Shown: positions 12,396-26,797, counted from the stretch's first letter. The stretch: 64,000 nucleotides of DNA from Eledone cirrhosa (GCA_964016885.1 OZ024758.1:6200001-6264000); one strand, 5' to 3'. The notes: generated from the letters alone by a model not told the origin. Numbers and translations are program-made.

Positions 12396-15359
12396 AGTGG
12401 TGTATACGCCATTAATGGCTTATACTTCAATACAAGGTTTTGTGACATTTAGCCTCGTCTCTTTATTCCGCCAACTTTGCCTTTCATCCTTGCCGGGTGA
12501 TAAAGTAAATAACATTTACGTATTAGAATCGATTTAATGCTGTCTATCAAAATACCGTATCTTGTGCCAAAGCTAGAAATACCTATTAGATAAGTATTAA
12601 GCTAGAAGACATACAAAATGCCATTGAAGTTTAAACATCACTGTTTTCTTCTCGAGTCGGCATCTTTGTAATTTCTCAAGAATTTCCTAATTTTAGCTTT
12701 ATATCTTAGAGAATATTCACATGAAATAATAGATAAATAAATATAGTATTTCTAAACTTTCAAAATGACTTTTGTTTTTCTATAATTTTGGTTTTCTATT
12801 TTTCATAGAATTTGCGTCATTGTTCTTCCTCGCAAGTATTGCCGGCTTTGTGGAAGATTTCCTTCAATAATAAGGATATTAATTAGAACTATTTTTTTCA
12901 TGTCTCTTTCTTCCGTATAGCATAGTTTCCATAGAGCCTGCACAATTCATAAGATTATGACGTCAAGCTAGTTATGTCCAGAATCAATTATAAAATGTAA
13001 TATTTAATGTGGTTAAAACCCGTTTAACAAAGAAAAGGTTATCAATTTATTTTCCCTTTCTCTTATGTAATTCAAATGTTGATGAAATCTTTTTTCGATA
13101 TTACGAATTCGAAAATGGCTTTTCTTTCCGTTAAATGTTAATATTTAAAGTTTTAAGGACATAAGTATCGATTTCTAGCATTAGAACAAAGCCGTACATT
13201 TAGATCAGACATTTTCATGACTGGTGAGTTTTTATTAACCACAAAAGGATGAGAAACGAACTTGTCCTCGGTGGCATTTCAACTCAGAACTTGAAGTATC
13301 GTTATGTAATTGATGTTCAAACGATTATGCCATTTCATTTTGTGATAATAAAGTTTTAACAAAGACTGTCTACCAATATTGTATCTTCATTTAACACATA
13401 TTTCATTTATCTACATATCTTTAGGATACCAGAGGTGTAAATGAACAGCCATTGTCTCATCCTCGACATTAAAACGTTGTCAAAGTCACCCCAAAATGTG
13501 TTCCCCAGAGTTGTCTTCCCCTAGAAATGTTTTCTCCAGAGATGTTTCACGTCAAGCAAAAATGTATAACGACCAGAAATCTAGGAGAGATGACTATAAT
13601 TAATGTTGAGATGTTGTGACGTTAATCCGTTTTCTCAGTGTATTAGCTAAGTAAATCAAGTGAAGAAATTTTAGCCTAAAATCGGACCTGCGTAATGGAT
13701 ATGCCTGGACAAGATTTATTTCTTACATTTCACTTGATATATATTGTAGTTGGGTTTGTTCATATTTTTATTGGAGGAAAAATAGTATTTTGTGGCTTTC
13801 ATAATTTCTTCCATGATTCTGCAAATGCGTGTTGGAATACCATAAAATGAATTCGTGAGTAATATTTCGGGAGGAACAAGTATTCATTTTTCGACACACA
13901 GACTTACAGGTCTCCTAATTTTATTTCGTATCCGATATATACATTTTTAAGTTATTTGGAATTTAAGTTTGTGCAGAACTAGAAATCAGTTCGTGTACTC
14001 GGCTGACGAAACTCTATCTTCCTTCTTGCTCCACAACACTTATACTCCTCTACACATGATGCCTTGTTCTAGCTGGCCAGTCTCGTCCTACCTCTCTAGC
14101 TTCTGTGTGTATGTCATACGACAAGAAGACTTACACCTCTGTAGACCATTACTGACGTCTTATCAAATGTTTTACAGTGAATGATTTGTTGCAGCATTTT
14201 TGTCTTGTCTTCGAAAATTTGTGATATTAATGAAATGTTTTCAATTGAGAATTAAAATAGTGTCACGAACCAAATTCAGCGAGAATGCCTGTATAGGATA
14301 CTGAAAGAAAACACGAAGGTCTTGTGAAATAAAATGTCGGTATTTTAGCATTAGTAGTGTAACTGAAGTGAAGCATTTGGAACAGACAATGGAAGCCATT
14401 TTTTTTTAGTTTTTTTTTGGCTCTGATATGCTCGCCATTCACCGTAAAAAATATCGATTTCTTTTGAATAGGTTGAAAGAAAATTTTGTAAGATTTCGGT
14501 ATTGATTTCTGCTAACTTGACAACAGTTCTATGTGTGTAGGGGATTGTGAAATGGTAAGTGTGTGTGTGTGTGGGGGGGGAGGGGATTATTTCTCCATTT
14601 TCTGGCAATATTAGTGATATAAATGACGAGAAGTAGATTTCGACGACTATAAACCATACAGGGTTCAAAACAGTCACTTACTATAACCGTACATAGATAT
14701 CGTTAAATTGATAAAAGCACTAAGACATAAATATATACCCGGATTTATAGAAATATACATAATAATGAATTTGCCAGAAAGATATGTACACAAAGGAATG
14801 AATACAAATATACATGTTTAGATACAAAAGAGCCAGGAACTCCTCACTGTTTTTAAAAACGAAAACAAAAACTTATTGAAGGGACAATCATAATAATGAT
14901 TGTAGCTAATGTAAACAAAGCATAAAAGATACTATATTCAGGTTATACTAGAATGATGGGAAAATTTAATACAAATTCTGCAACAAAATATATGGATTGT
15001 CTAATGGTACCCGGCCAATAATTTCTTATTATTGATCCCAGCTTCTCAGTTATTTTATGCAGGCATATCTGACAAAGTTGATAAAGCAGCCAAATAGTAA
15101 CAGGATAACTATTGTCCTACAAAACCAAAAGAAAAACAAAACCCCAAAACTGAAATTAGCCAGTTAACCCGAGTCTCGGACGCTTAATCAATAAACAAAC
15201 TATAAAAAATACATAGTGAAGTTTCTAAGTTTCTGTATGAAACTTATCAGAGTTTAGCCCCGTCTTTCGTTGTGTTAATCACATCAAAGAGAAAAGATTT
15301 ATGATCAAAATTACTTCTACGTCTTCCACGTTTATCTTTATGCTCTCATACATAGACAG

Positions 15360-15470
15360 TGTGGTGTGTGTGTATATATGTATGTATGTATATACGTATG
15401 TAAGTACGTATGTGCGTATGTATGTATGTATACATATATATATATATATATACGTAAATGTATATATATG

Positions 15471-15528
<58 letters not shown>

Positions 15529-15607
15529 TATATCTATATCTATATCTATATATATACATATATATATATATATACACACACATATATATATACACACAGA
15601 CACACAG

Positions 15608-15638
<31 letters not shown>
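15360..15638. repeat. (TA)n/(CA)n microsatellite
   Basis: Direct repeat. Confidence 0.95.
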
Positions 15639-16062
15639 ATGTTTTTTTTACTAGTTTATTGAATAATGTTCGACTAAAATACAGCACAGAATGTAATAAA
15701 GACGAAATATGTCACAGATTAACTACTTTTATTTTTATGAAAATAGTTACTGGCTACAGATAACTGAGTCGATAATATGTTGAAGCATCTGTACTGCTCT
15801 ATGTCCATGGCTAAGATTATTTAATTCCATAATGGCTCTGTCTGTTTAACATCGAACTAACACCGTAAAGTTGCTACTTCTTACATATACAGACAACAAG
15901 ATCACTGAATATTTTATAATTATTTCATTCGTTTCCAGTGTTGTCTTGATATAGGTATTTTTTGCTTTATTTTAGCTAGGTTTGGAGAAAAGAGTTGTGT
16001 TTATATGGTTTACAGACCTTTCCAGACGATTGATGTTGTTGATATTTAAATTATTAAAAATG

Positions 16063-16307
16063 TGTGACAGCTCGCACCTATGCAGGTTTAGCTGGCCTCC
16101 TCCAAGGTAAATCTCGTTGGAGCTGTCTTGGGTGATTTAATGATAGGGACCCCAGTCCTATCATCTCATTTCTACAGCTGAGTAAACTGGAGCAATGAAA
16201 TAACGTGTTTTGCTCAAGGAAACAACACATCACCCGGTCCGAGAATTGAACTCACAACCTTTCGATTGCAAGCCAAATACTCTAGCCACTAAGCCATGCG
16301 CCTTCAC
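16063..16307 (-). mobile_element. SINE family C
   Basis: Near-identical to 8812-9053. Confidence 0.85.
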
Positions 16308-16781
16308 TATATATTCGACACTTGTTTACATTTCTGATTGTAGTCCTTTCAATTATTAAGATTCATGTAAGAAAGATACGTCTGGGAGAAGATCCCAGAG
16401 GAATGACATTTGCAACATGGCGGACACAACATGGCTGACAAGAGGAGAGACGAGGGAAGCGGGAATATCTGAGTGAATGTGACTATGTTATATATGGGTT
16501 GTATTATATTAATGGACGGCAACTGTGTAGAATATGAGTTATACGAGTTGGTAGCGTTCTTGTATAGGATAACGATTATATAAATGTATGTGTTGTGGTA
16601 TTTTATTGATTGGTAATAATGTATATTATGTGTTGTTAGATTTTTCGGTGATGACTGTGGAGAGTTATGTGTTGTGATGGTTGTATTAATTTGTTGAGTG
16701 GTGTTGTTGTGTACAGAATATTATCCATCACTAAATTTACCAATTTACTTCGAGGTCCCTCATATATATGTCTATACTTAC

Positions 16782-16872
<91 letters not shown>

Positions 16873-17472
16873 TGTACACAGCACCTTAAGCGACAAGAAG
16901 TTATTAATTTCTTAAATAAAATAGACTTTGAAAACAATATCCATCATATTTCTTGTGGAAGAATTTATATCGGAATATCTAATAAGAAGCCTATATTTCT
17001 GACGGACAAATACATAGTAAATTGACAAAGACTTTTGCTTTTATATTCTTCTTATGATGAATGATGGTGGGTATATTTATTCAGGCAGAAAGGAAATAAT
17101 AATCAATCTGCAAAGAAACGAGTAAACATATCTGCTGTCAATGTCTTCCACACACAAAGATGAAAGATTACAATATCTACAAAACATATAAATCATATGA
17201 CATGTTTCCTTAAGTCCTTTTTCAGTTTAAGACATTTTCTATTATTTTTTAAAACTTTCATTATTCTTTTTCTATATCTTTTATTCTTCTTTTGTATCCA
17301 TTGTTAATTGTTCTTTTATTTCCTGTTTACATTCTAATATCCGAAGCTATTATACGTCACGACAACCATTGAATAACACTCTAGTATTTACACGATATGT
17401 TTTGGACAAGATTATTCCCTTGTCACTGAAGGAATACAATGATATTTTCTTGAAAAGTATTTACATTATTGC

Positions 17473-17764
17473 TCTCCAACTCAAGTTCATTTTCCATTTC
17501 TGGCAGTAGCTGTCTCAATTTCTCCAATTGAAGTTCATTTTCTATTTCTGGCCGTAACTGTCTCAGTTTCTCCAACTCAAGTTTTACTATTTCTGGCAGT
17601 AGCTGTCTCAGTTTCTTCAACTGAAGTTCATTTTCCATTTCTAGCAGTACCTGTCTCAGTTTCTTCAATTGAAGTTCATTTTCCATTTCTAGCAGTACCT
17701 GTCTCAGTTTCTTCAATTGAAGTTCATTTTCCATTTCTGGCAGTACCTGTCTTAGTTTCTCCAC
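17473..17764 (-). repeat. 48-bp minisatellite (~6 copies) with open 16-aa coiled-coil-like frame
   Basis: Unit encodes LEKLRQLLPEMENELQ; one unit is 45 bp. Confidence 0.85.
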
Positions 17765-17794
17765 GACTCCAAAGCCGTTAGGAAAATGGTGAAC

Positions 17795-17966
17795 TTTCTA
17801 GCATAGTTACGTCCCTTTACGGTCTGAGTTCAAATCCTGTCGAGGTTAACTTTGCCTTTCATCATTACGGGATCGATAAAATAAAGTACCAGTAACGTAC
17901 TGGGGTCGATTTAATCGATTTCTCCTTCCCCAAATTACTGGCCTTGTGCCTATATAAGAAATCATT
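17795..17966 (+). mobile_element. SINE family A, 5' truncated
   Basis: B box, core and tail present. Confidence 0.85.
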
Positions 17967-18127
17967 ATTCCTGGGATATTTTTGTGCTCCTTGAACTTAG
18001 TAAATAATAGTCCCATATACCGCAAAACATTGTTCAGTTGTTGTACTCTTAAATACAATAAATACAAGACCCTACATCTATTGAACTAGAACCCTCAAAA
18101 CGAAAAGAAATATTTTATATAAATTAT

Positions 18128-18521
18128 AATTGTTTCGACTTTTCGCACAAGACCAGCAATTATCCCAGTGCATTACTGGTACTTTATTTTATCGAGCCCG
18201 TAAGAATGAAAGGCGAAGCTAACTTTGGCAGGATTTGAACTCAGAACATAAAGGGCCATAACTCTATGCTGCAAAGCATAGTGTCCGACGCTCTACCGAT
18301 TCTGCCAATCCACCGCCCTTTATATAAACTAATAACTGTTTCTTCCTTTGGCACAAGGCCAGCAATTACCCAGTACATTACCAGTACTTTATTTTATCGA
18401 CCCCGTAAGGATGAAAGGCAAAGTTAACCTCGACGGGATTTGAACTCAGACCGTAAAGGGACGTAACTATGCTAGAAAGCATGGCGTCCGACCTTCTACC
18501 GATACTGCCAATTCACCGCCC
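18128..18521 (-). mobile_element. Two tandem SINE family A copies (~18128-18319, ~18336-18521)
   Basis: Two reverse-complement consensus matches. Confidence 0.9.
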
Positions 18522-18988
18522 TATATACATTAATAATGTAAGTCATTTGCAGGAATTAATAGAACTACTACAAAAGAAAGAGACGTGCGCGATCAAAGAC
18601 ACAAAGACATACTAAAATAAACAGCACAGAACACAGTCAACTAATGTTGAATGGGCAGAAATATATATTGAAAAATCATATGACAACACATAAACATAAT
18701 CTGAAATACATTGACAAGACATAAACTGTGTGAAATCCATGACCATATATATAACAATGGATAATATAGGAAGACATTCACAAGACATACACAGTTTGAA
18801 ACACATAAACATACACATAGATACGAATAATATTGAAATAGATGTACAAGAGGCTGACATTGAGTGAAATACATGAATACACACATATAACAATGGATGC
18901 ACTCACACAGAGAAATGATTACGAAAAGAAAGGATATATAAGATATAATCGAGATCGTGAATACATTCATCATGGAAATGTGAAAATG

Positions 18989-19026
<38 letters not shown>

Positions 19027-19029
<3 letters not shown>

Positions 19030-19630
19030 TGGCTGCCAACTCGTTTTCGAGTACGGCCACTACTTTATATCTATGTAGGAGAACCCCCACCAATGCGCTG
19101 AACGAGTGTGACTTTTTAGTCCAGCCAGCGACTTGAAAACTCTGGTACAAACACTACACTTGTGACAATTATTGACACATAGTGCTGGGCCCATGGTACC
19201 ATGTGACGACAAGTGCAGAGAGATCTCCAGATATAAAGCAATGCCTGTGCCGTGAAGCTTTTATAGTGAGCAAAGGCACTGCACAAAGCCAGTCCCACTC
19301 TCTTAACCAAGATGATATTTACCAAAAAGAAGAACAAGTCAACATCATTGGATACCATCAGAGTTGCAGGTGTTATATCAGAGTTTTCCTTCTCCTAGAA
19401 TTCTGCCTTGACAAAGACTAAGGGGTCATCTCTCCCGGTGATTTTGGATAGCCATTGACTCTTAAGAGCTCCTTTGACAGGTTTTGTTTTTAGTCCTGCA
19501 GGATGTCCAAAGTCACCCTCCTCACCAAGAAACCTTGGTGGCGTTGCCAGTTTAGTCGCCAACGACCCGACCATGAGACAGGTTGTACTGGGATACATGT
19601 TACCAGTAGCACCAACTGGTGACCTGACAT
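19027..19630. mobile_element. Second copy of the 3175-3803 dispersed repeat, flanked by (TA)n
   Basis: Shared gtccaaa.tcaccctcctcaccaag...gacccgaccatg.gacaggttgtactgg. Confidence 0.7.
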
Positions 19631-20354
19631 ATATATATATATACACACATGTGTGCGTGTGTATGTGCATTCATGTGTAAGCTATTTCCTTTCATAGTGG
19701 GTTATTGAAATGCAAATAAAATTGTAGGAAGTAATAAAACAATGATGTTATCTCTGTAAAAAATAATAGAAAAACAACGCATTTGAAATATATTCATGCA
19801 CAATTACCATGCTGTCAGCACAGAAAATGGCCGCCAACTTTGTGTTTTATTTCTCATGAATGACGAATATACTTCTTTTATGAATTAATGCAATAGAAAC
19901 AGATAATCTCGCAAGCAAGATTAGAAAATATCAATGACGTGTCATTGTCTTAGCTCAAATAAATTATCGCTTGCTAAATTAAGAAGTAAATAACAAAAAA
20001 AAAAACCCAGAATCCCTGTAGATATGTTGATTCAAAATTTAAAATTATAAAATTTCTGCAAAAGCTTTTAATTTGGTTTGACAGTAATTTATCCTTTAAA
20101 CAGTATTGTTTGGCTGAATATTGAAATATTGCAGATAGCATCATTTAGGGGTGTGTGGCAAACGGGCAGAAGCTTTAGGACGTTCGATGGAATGCTTTGC
20201 GATATTCATTCTGGTTCTTTGTGCTCTCTGAGTTCAAATCCCACCGAGGTCAAATTTGGCTTTCATCCTTTCGAGTTCGCCAAAAAATTACCTGTCTATT
20301 ACTGGGATCGATTCTTCCTTTATATTTCTTTCTCATGTTTAACCCCCACCCCCC

Positions 20355-20379
20355 TCTCCCTGTCTCTCAATCACACACA

Positions 20380-20419
<40 letters not shown>

Positions 20420-20574
20420 TTCTCTCTCTCTCTCTCGCTCTCTCTCTCTCTGTTTCTTTCTCTGTCTCTCAATCACTCATTTCCCACAAATTCTTCGACA
20501 AGAAATATGGTGGATATTTTTTCAAGTATTTTATTTAAGAAATTAATGAATTGTCATCGCCTAGGGTGTGTGTA

Positions 20575-20650
<76 letters not shown>

Positions 20651-20706
20651 ATATATATATATATATATATATATCACACACTCTCTCTCTCTCTTTCTCT
20701 CTCTCT
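20355..20706. repeat. (CT)n/(TA)n microsatellites with a unique insert
   Basis: Direct repeats; insert 20480-20580 is an inverted paralog of 16870-16970. Confidence 0.85.
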
Positions 20707-21124
20707 TCCCCTGAAAGAATTCGGTTGGAAAAGAGATGAGCTGTGCCAGATTTAATATACCCCGCCACATATATCACCACGATGCCCCAGGGACGCCACC
20801 AGTTTCCATACATTAGCACAGGAATATTTAATAATTTTCAGTTGACATTAGTGTAAACTTTACACAACACAGTTTTACAGAAAATCTTTGGAGTAGAAAT
20901 AAATTTCGTGCCAACAGAATTTAAGTGCAGACATCGAATCTTAATCGAAACAATTCTACATCATTTACATTTTGATTACCTTATTATATTTAAGAAAGGT
21001 ATTTATTTATGTATATATATACATTTTGCTTTGACAGTCGATCGACTTTCGTCAAATCGGACCGAGGAAACAATGTTTCCGTTGGTCTTTCCAATTGCTA
21101 ATACTATCCATCGGTCGCAACTCT

Positions 21125-21250
21125 AGATAGAAGGAGCAACGTGAAATAAAGTGTCTTGCTCAAGGACATAACACTTCGTCCGGTCCAGGAATCGAACTCA
21201 CAACCTCATGATTGCAAATCCAATTCTCTAACCACTCAGCGACGCGCCAT
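21125..21250 (-). mobile_element. tRNA-derived SINE head/core (family B/C)
   Basis: gtgaaataaagtgtcttgctcaagga...ggaatcgaactcacaacc...taaccactcagcgacgcgcc. Confidence 0.75.
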
Positions 21251-22179
21251 AATATTTTATATATCCAATACACATGCAGCATAGAATGACGACCGTAGTT
21301 CAATGGTAGACACATTGTGAAATCATACTAAAATAATGTTTATTGTGTATTCAGTCAGTGTGAAACGTTCGTACTGGTGAAACGTTCGTATGATGTTCTA
21401 TAATGCGATGTTTGAAACTTAACTATATATAAGCATCAATTGTTTTATTTCAAAGCTCTAACAATATTTAAAACGTATTGAAGTACAATTTCACTAAAAA
21501 TGCAATTTAATTACTTGATCAATGATAATGGTGATGAATAATGATAATTTGAAATAAAATAGGATGAAATATAAGTACTAAAACGTATGAATGTATAAAG
21601 TTATCTGAATTAAGTTCCTGGATAAGTGGATCTTATAAAAAGAAGAAAGTAATAAAACTGGAAAAGTTCAACGTATACAAAGACATTGAGATTTATTGAA
21701 TGCCATTACGAAATCAAACAGAAATGGAAATTGCAGTCACGTAGGTGTGAATGGAAGAGTGGTGTCATAAGATTTAAATCTAATACTTAGTACAATAGCA
21801 GACGTCAATAATGTTTACATGTTTACATTATTTATCAATGTCCTTTTTAATCATGCTTTTATGTAAATTTGCGATACATGTTAACGTTCCATTGTTATAG
21901 AGTTGTTGAGAACAAAGTAGAATAAAGATTTACCCAGTTTGATAACTTCCATATCAAAATCCCTTTCCATGAAAGATTTGGACTTCAGATGGCAATTAAT
22001 TGAATTGGTGGCTTTTATATTGAAATATTCACTAATGCTAGGAATTCATACTTATGTTACGGTGACATTTACTGTGTCAAAAGGAAGGATGGCCTTATAT
22101 TCGAGGTCTCTATGAGGAGCTATCATTAAGTAAGATGACCTTATATTCGAGGTCTCTATGAAATTGCATTTTATGGACA

Positions 22180-22395
22180 GAGTGTTGTGTTGTCTTCTTC
22201 AGTAAAACACTTTATTTCACATTGCTCCAGTACACACACAGATGAGATAAGTGAGTACTAGCAGTAGATGAGCTGCAAAACCTGCAATAGATCGGCGTCC
22301 TGTCCAGGGAGTGTCTTGTACTCTCAGTCGCTTAACACAAAGAAAACCAGATAATTACCGGCCTGATGACCCTTCGACTTAGAACAGACTTTAAT
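22180..22395 (+). mobile_element. SINE family B body, headless
   Basis: aaaacactttatttcacattgctccag...cgtcctgtccaggg...cagactttaa. Confidence 0.75.
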
Positions 22396-23254
22396 TTTAA
22401 CATATTCCTAAACTTGCAAAATTATTTCCATAATTTATATCTCACATAGCTTACATCTGTAAATTCTTCCTCCCCGCATCGAAGTTTTCGCAGAAGGGTG
22501 TCTTCCAAAGCAATTGATTTACTGACACTGTTACCTTAATAGGACAACAAACAGTACTATATTCTTTCATATTTTTATCTTGGGAATATCATAATGTTTT
22601 TTTATAGCTCTTATACAATTCAATAGAAGACATCCAATATTTCCTTTCTCAAAAAGATGATGACGTCAAAACACTTATGTCCGGAACCAATTTTAAAATG
22701 TGATACTAATGCAGTAAAAACTCGTTCAACAAAGAAACGTATATAAATTTGTTTTCTTTTGATTTCATGTAAATTTATTGCAGCTGAAATAACAATGTAA
22801 GTCTTCTAAAAATGTTAATCTTTTAATGGCGTTTTCATTCTGTTTAATAGGAAATTTTATATTCATAAAATTTGAATATTAATTTCTAGAATTGTTACAG
22901 TGCCATAGTTTGAGAAGGGTGGGGAATACAATCAATTACATTTACCTCAGTAGTTAACTGGTTCTTAATCAACACCGGAACTTTGAATATCAATGCTGAC
23001 TTCGGTAGAATTTCAACTCAGAGCGAAAAGGGCCACAGCTAGTGCCTTATGCAATTGTGGTTGACTTATAATGGTTCTGGCATCTGCATATTTTAGCGAC
23101 AACACTAAGAATACGTGATTTAGAATAAAGATCCATTCTTAAAATATTACCGAGGAAAATATCTCATATTAACCATTTCCTTATTAATTATTTCTTTATT
23201 TCTTTATTTATTCATTCATTATTTATTTATTCATTATTTATTTATTTATATAAA

Positions 23255-23442
23255 GGGCGGTGAATTGGCAGTATCGGTGGAGGGTCGGACGCCATGCTTT
23301 CCAGCATAGTTACGTCCCTTTACGATCTGAGTTCAAATCCCACCGAGGTTGACTTTGCCTTTCATCCTTATGGGGTGGATAAAATAAAGTACCAGTAATG
23401 CACTGGGTAATTTATGGCCTTGTGCCTAAAGTAGAAACAATT
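23255..23442 (+). mobile_element. SINE family A
   Basis: Full consensus match. Confidence 0.9.
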
Positions 23443-23729
23443 ATTTATTTATTTATTTATTCAGTCAGTTATTATGGTAACGGCTGACTTAAAAACTGCA
23501 TTACATTCACGTCTTCTTGGTCAATAAAATATATACCAGACACATTAAAATATGTATAAGTCATCTACTAATTTCTCTGTATCAATTACACTGTTTCTTT
23601 CCAAATGTTAAATGCTACACCAATGAGAGGATCAATAAATACTGAATATGATTAACTTCCACAAAAAATATTTTAATGTGTAGTTCCTTCTGAGCGTAAT
23701 TCTCGTTTGAACGTAATTCTCGTTTGAAG

Positions 23730-23880
23730 AGCTGATTTTCCTCTTTATATGTCTCAGCTGTGCAGTTAGTTGATTAAATCTTCTTGTTACGCTAAACTCC
23801 GCCAGTTCACTGCGCATTAACATGTGATATCTCTCTCCACAAAGTTCGATCACCAACAGCAGAGTTCAAAGAGCAAAGAT
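23730..23880. repeat. Dispersed repeat, inverted copy at ~29975-30080
   Basis: cttgttacgctaaactccgccagtt...ctccacaaagttcgatcaccaacagcagagtt.aaagagcaaaga shared. Confidence 0.8.
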
Positions 23881-24165
23881 CAATTCCTTATAATCTTTAT
23901 AACTTTTATAACTTCTGTTAATCCTATTATATTTGTAACCTTTATAACTTCTTATAACTTTTCTTTTTCTGTGACGAATGTGTTATCTCTTCCCCCTTAA
24001 TTTAAATAGGTTATATTTTTAACATGGCGTCTTAATTTCTTGCTTTTTTCTCTTCCGTTTCTTCTTTTTCATTACCAAGACATTCATGCTATAAGAAGCA
24101 CGACAATTTTTCCTGACGTCACATTAATTCTATGTGTACTTGTTATAGCTTAATTGCCTATAAAT

Positions 24166-24355
24166 TAATTGTTTCTACTTTTGGCATAAGGCCAGCAAAT
24201 ACCCTAGTACATTACTGGTACTTTATTTTATCGACCCCGTAAGGATGAAAGGCAAAGTTAACCTCCACGGGATTTGAACTCAAACCGTGAAGGAACGTAA
24301 CTATGCTAGAAAGCATGGCGTCTGACCCTCTACCGATACTGCCAATTCACCGCCC
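24166..24355 (-). mobile_element. SINE family A
   Basis: Full consensus match. Confidence 0.9.
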
Positions 24356-24640
24356 TTGATTTATAATTGCTTATAAATTAATGTTTTGTTTATTGTCCCT
24401 TACGCCATTGGACAGCGTTTAGCTTGTATCAGACGCTGTTACCCCGGCTGTACAAGCAGTATTGTTGGTAGGGGTCGAAACTGCCAAGTCCGCCCCAGCA
24501 GCCGATAACCATAGAGTTCTGTGACACGTTTGTTTAGCAATCTTGTTTAGCAAGATTCTTTATCTGAAAACGTGTGTTGAAAACAAGATAGCGTAGGACA
24601 GAACAAAGGAAAGGCACAAAAACAAAGAAAAGAATCCCCA

Positions 24641-24683
24641 GTCACTGAAGAGGTCACAGAATGTGTGACGAAAGAACTTTGAC
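24641..24683 (+). ncRNA. Minimal type I hammerhead ribozyme (PLE-type)
   Basis: gtca-CTGAAGA-g-gtcaca(gaatg)tgtgac-GAAA-gaac-TT-tgac: stem I gtca/tgac, 6-bp stem II, short stem III, CUU site. Confidence 0.7.
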
Positions 24684-24857
24684 AATATATGAACAACCGT
24701 CCGGTTGTGGAACCGACCAACCAACCGGAAATTTATAAATTCCTAAATTTATAAATTTAATTTATAATAAATTGAAGTGAAAGCAAGTGGTGCGTGTGTT
24801 TCTTATTGGCAACATGACCCTCCCAAAGTATAAAAATATATACATATATATATATAT

Positions 24858-25052
24858 AACGAAGGAAATGTGGTAAGGAACCAGGTGGACCATAACGCAC
24901 CAAAGTACTCAATACTTAGGGTAGTAGAGTGGGTAATAGGAACGAGTAAGACCCCGACGGCTGAGCTCAAGCCGTTTCGACTGCTAATTCTGGACGTCCA
25001 GAATTAGCCGTCGAAACGGCTTGAGCTCAGCCGTCGGGGTCCTACTCGTTCC

Positions 25053-25054
<2 letters not shown>
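24858..25054. mobile_element. (TA)n-embedded fold-back element, family P2 (118-bp palindrome 24937-25054)
   Basis: Near-perfect inverted repeat centred on gac|gtc at 24995/24996; both ends in (TA)n. Confidence 0.85.
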
Positions 25055-25119
<65 letters not shown>

Positions 25120-25335
25120 ATATGATCAATAGCCAACTGAAACGTTGACGTCACTGTCAGTTTTCTACTCAGAAAATAATTCTTAGACACTACTTACAAC
25201 TATCTCGTGCTTACTCAGATAATGTTTGGCTGTTTTAAGCTGACCGATATTCTAATATAGACATTATATATATATATATATACTATATATATAATGTATA
25301 TATTATAAATATATATATGTTATATATATATGTAT

Positions 25336-25413
<78 letters not shown>

Positions 25414-25415
<2 letters not shown>

Positions 25416-25539
25416 CGAAGGAAATGTGGTAAGGAACCAGGTGGACCATAACGCACCAAAGTACTCAATACTTGGGGTAGTAGAGTGGGTAATAGGAACC
25501 AGTAAGATCCCGACGGCTGAGCTCAAGCCGTTTCGACGG

Positions 25540-25543
<4 letters not shown>
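25414..25543 (-). mobile_element. Family P2 single arm in (TA)n
   Basis: Near-identical to 24858-24988. Confidence 0.85.
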
Positions 25544-25582
<39 letters not shown>

Positions 25583-25651
25583 TAAAATAACAGATTAAAG
25601 TTTAAGCAAAGAATATATATATATGCAATTTTCAGGTTCAGACAACTTTGA

Positions 25652-25727
<76 letters not shown>

Positions 25728-25865
25728 GTCAATACTTATCTTTTCCCATTTATCTGAGGGTTCTAAACCCCGTTATCAGGCTAAAATTCCTTTAGTGAAA
25801 AATACGGTGAAAGCTATTCTATTTTCTAATTTCAAACCTGCTCACTGTTTCAAAACATACTTACT

Positions 25866-25901
<36 letters not shown>

Positions 25902-26619
25902 CTAGATATATCCTACTTCACCTGGTTAAGACAGTTTATAAGGATATCTAAAAAGGAAACGTAAAAACTACAAGCAAATAAAAAACTCCAGTTCTGAAAG
26001 ATGGAATAAATACTAAGATACCAGAGTATTTTGGCTTGCTTATATTTCCTTTTTATGATGAAGGATTGAAGGATGTATTTATTCAGGCAGAAAGAAAATA
26101 ATGATTTATCGCAAAAAAAAAGGAGTAAACACACCTGTCAATTTCTTTAACTTTCAGTGTTAGACGTACAAAGATGAGGAATGACAATATCTGCAATACG
26201 TTCTCATTTTTCCTTATCTCCTTTTTCGATTTTCGACCATTTCTGTTTGTTTTTCATTATTTTATTTCTGCTTCCCTTATTATTTCTTATTTCAGATTCA
26301 TTTTTATTTTTTAGGTTTTATTTCTGGCTCTTTTACTTGCTGTTTACTTTCAAATATCCGATGCTACAATTTTTCGCCCACGATAAGCGACAAATATAAT
26401 ATATATGCTTAAAAATCATTCCCTTGTCATTGGATTAAAACATCAGATATTTGACAATTATTTACATTTCTGATTCTAGTCTTTTCAATCATTATATGTG
26501 TTTCATGTTATCGAGAAAATACTTCATAAATCCGATGTCTCAAGCCCAATTAAACATTGAAAATGATATAAATTTTGCAATTATATTAAATATTTGATAT
26601 AATTTACATAAATATAGAC

Positions 26620-26797
26620 TGAGAGACTATATTTATATCTATATTTTAACTGTTGGTCAATCAATGATAAACATTGATTGCCAGCTAAATTTATTATAGA
26701 AATATAAAATATACAGAAGAAAAAACCAACACTAACCAATCTGTGTGTTTTGTTATATATTTGACTTTTTTAAGCTGACTAATATTCTTAACACACA

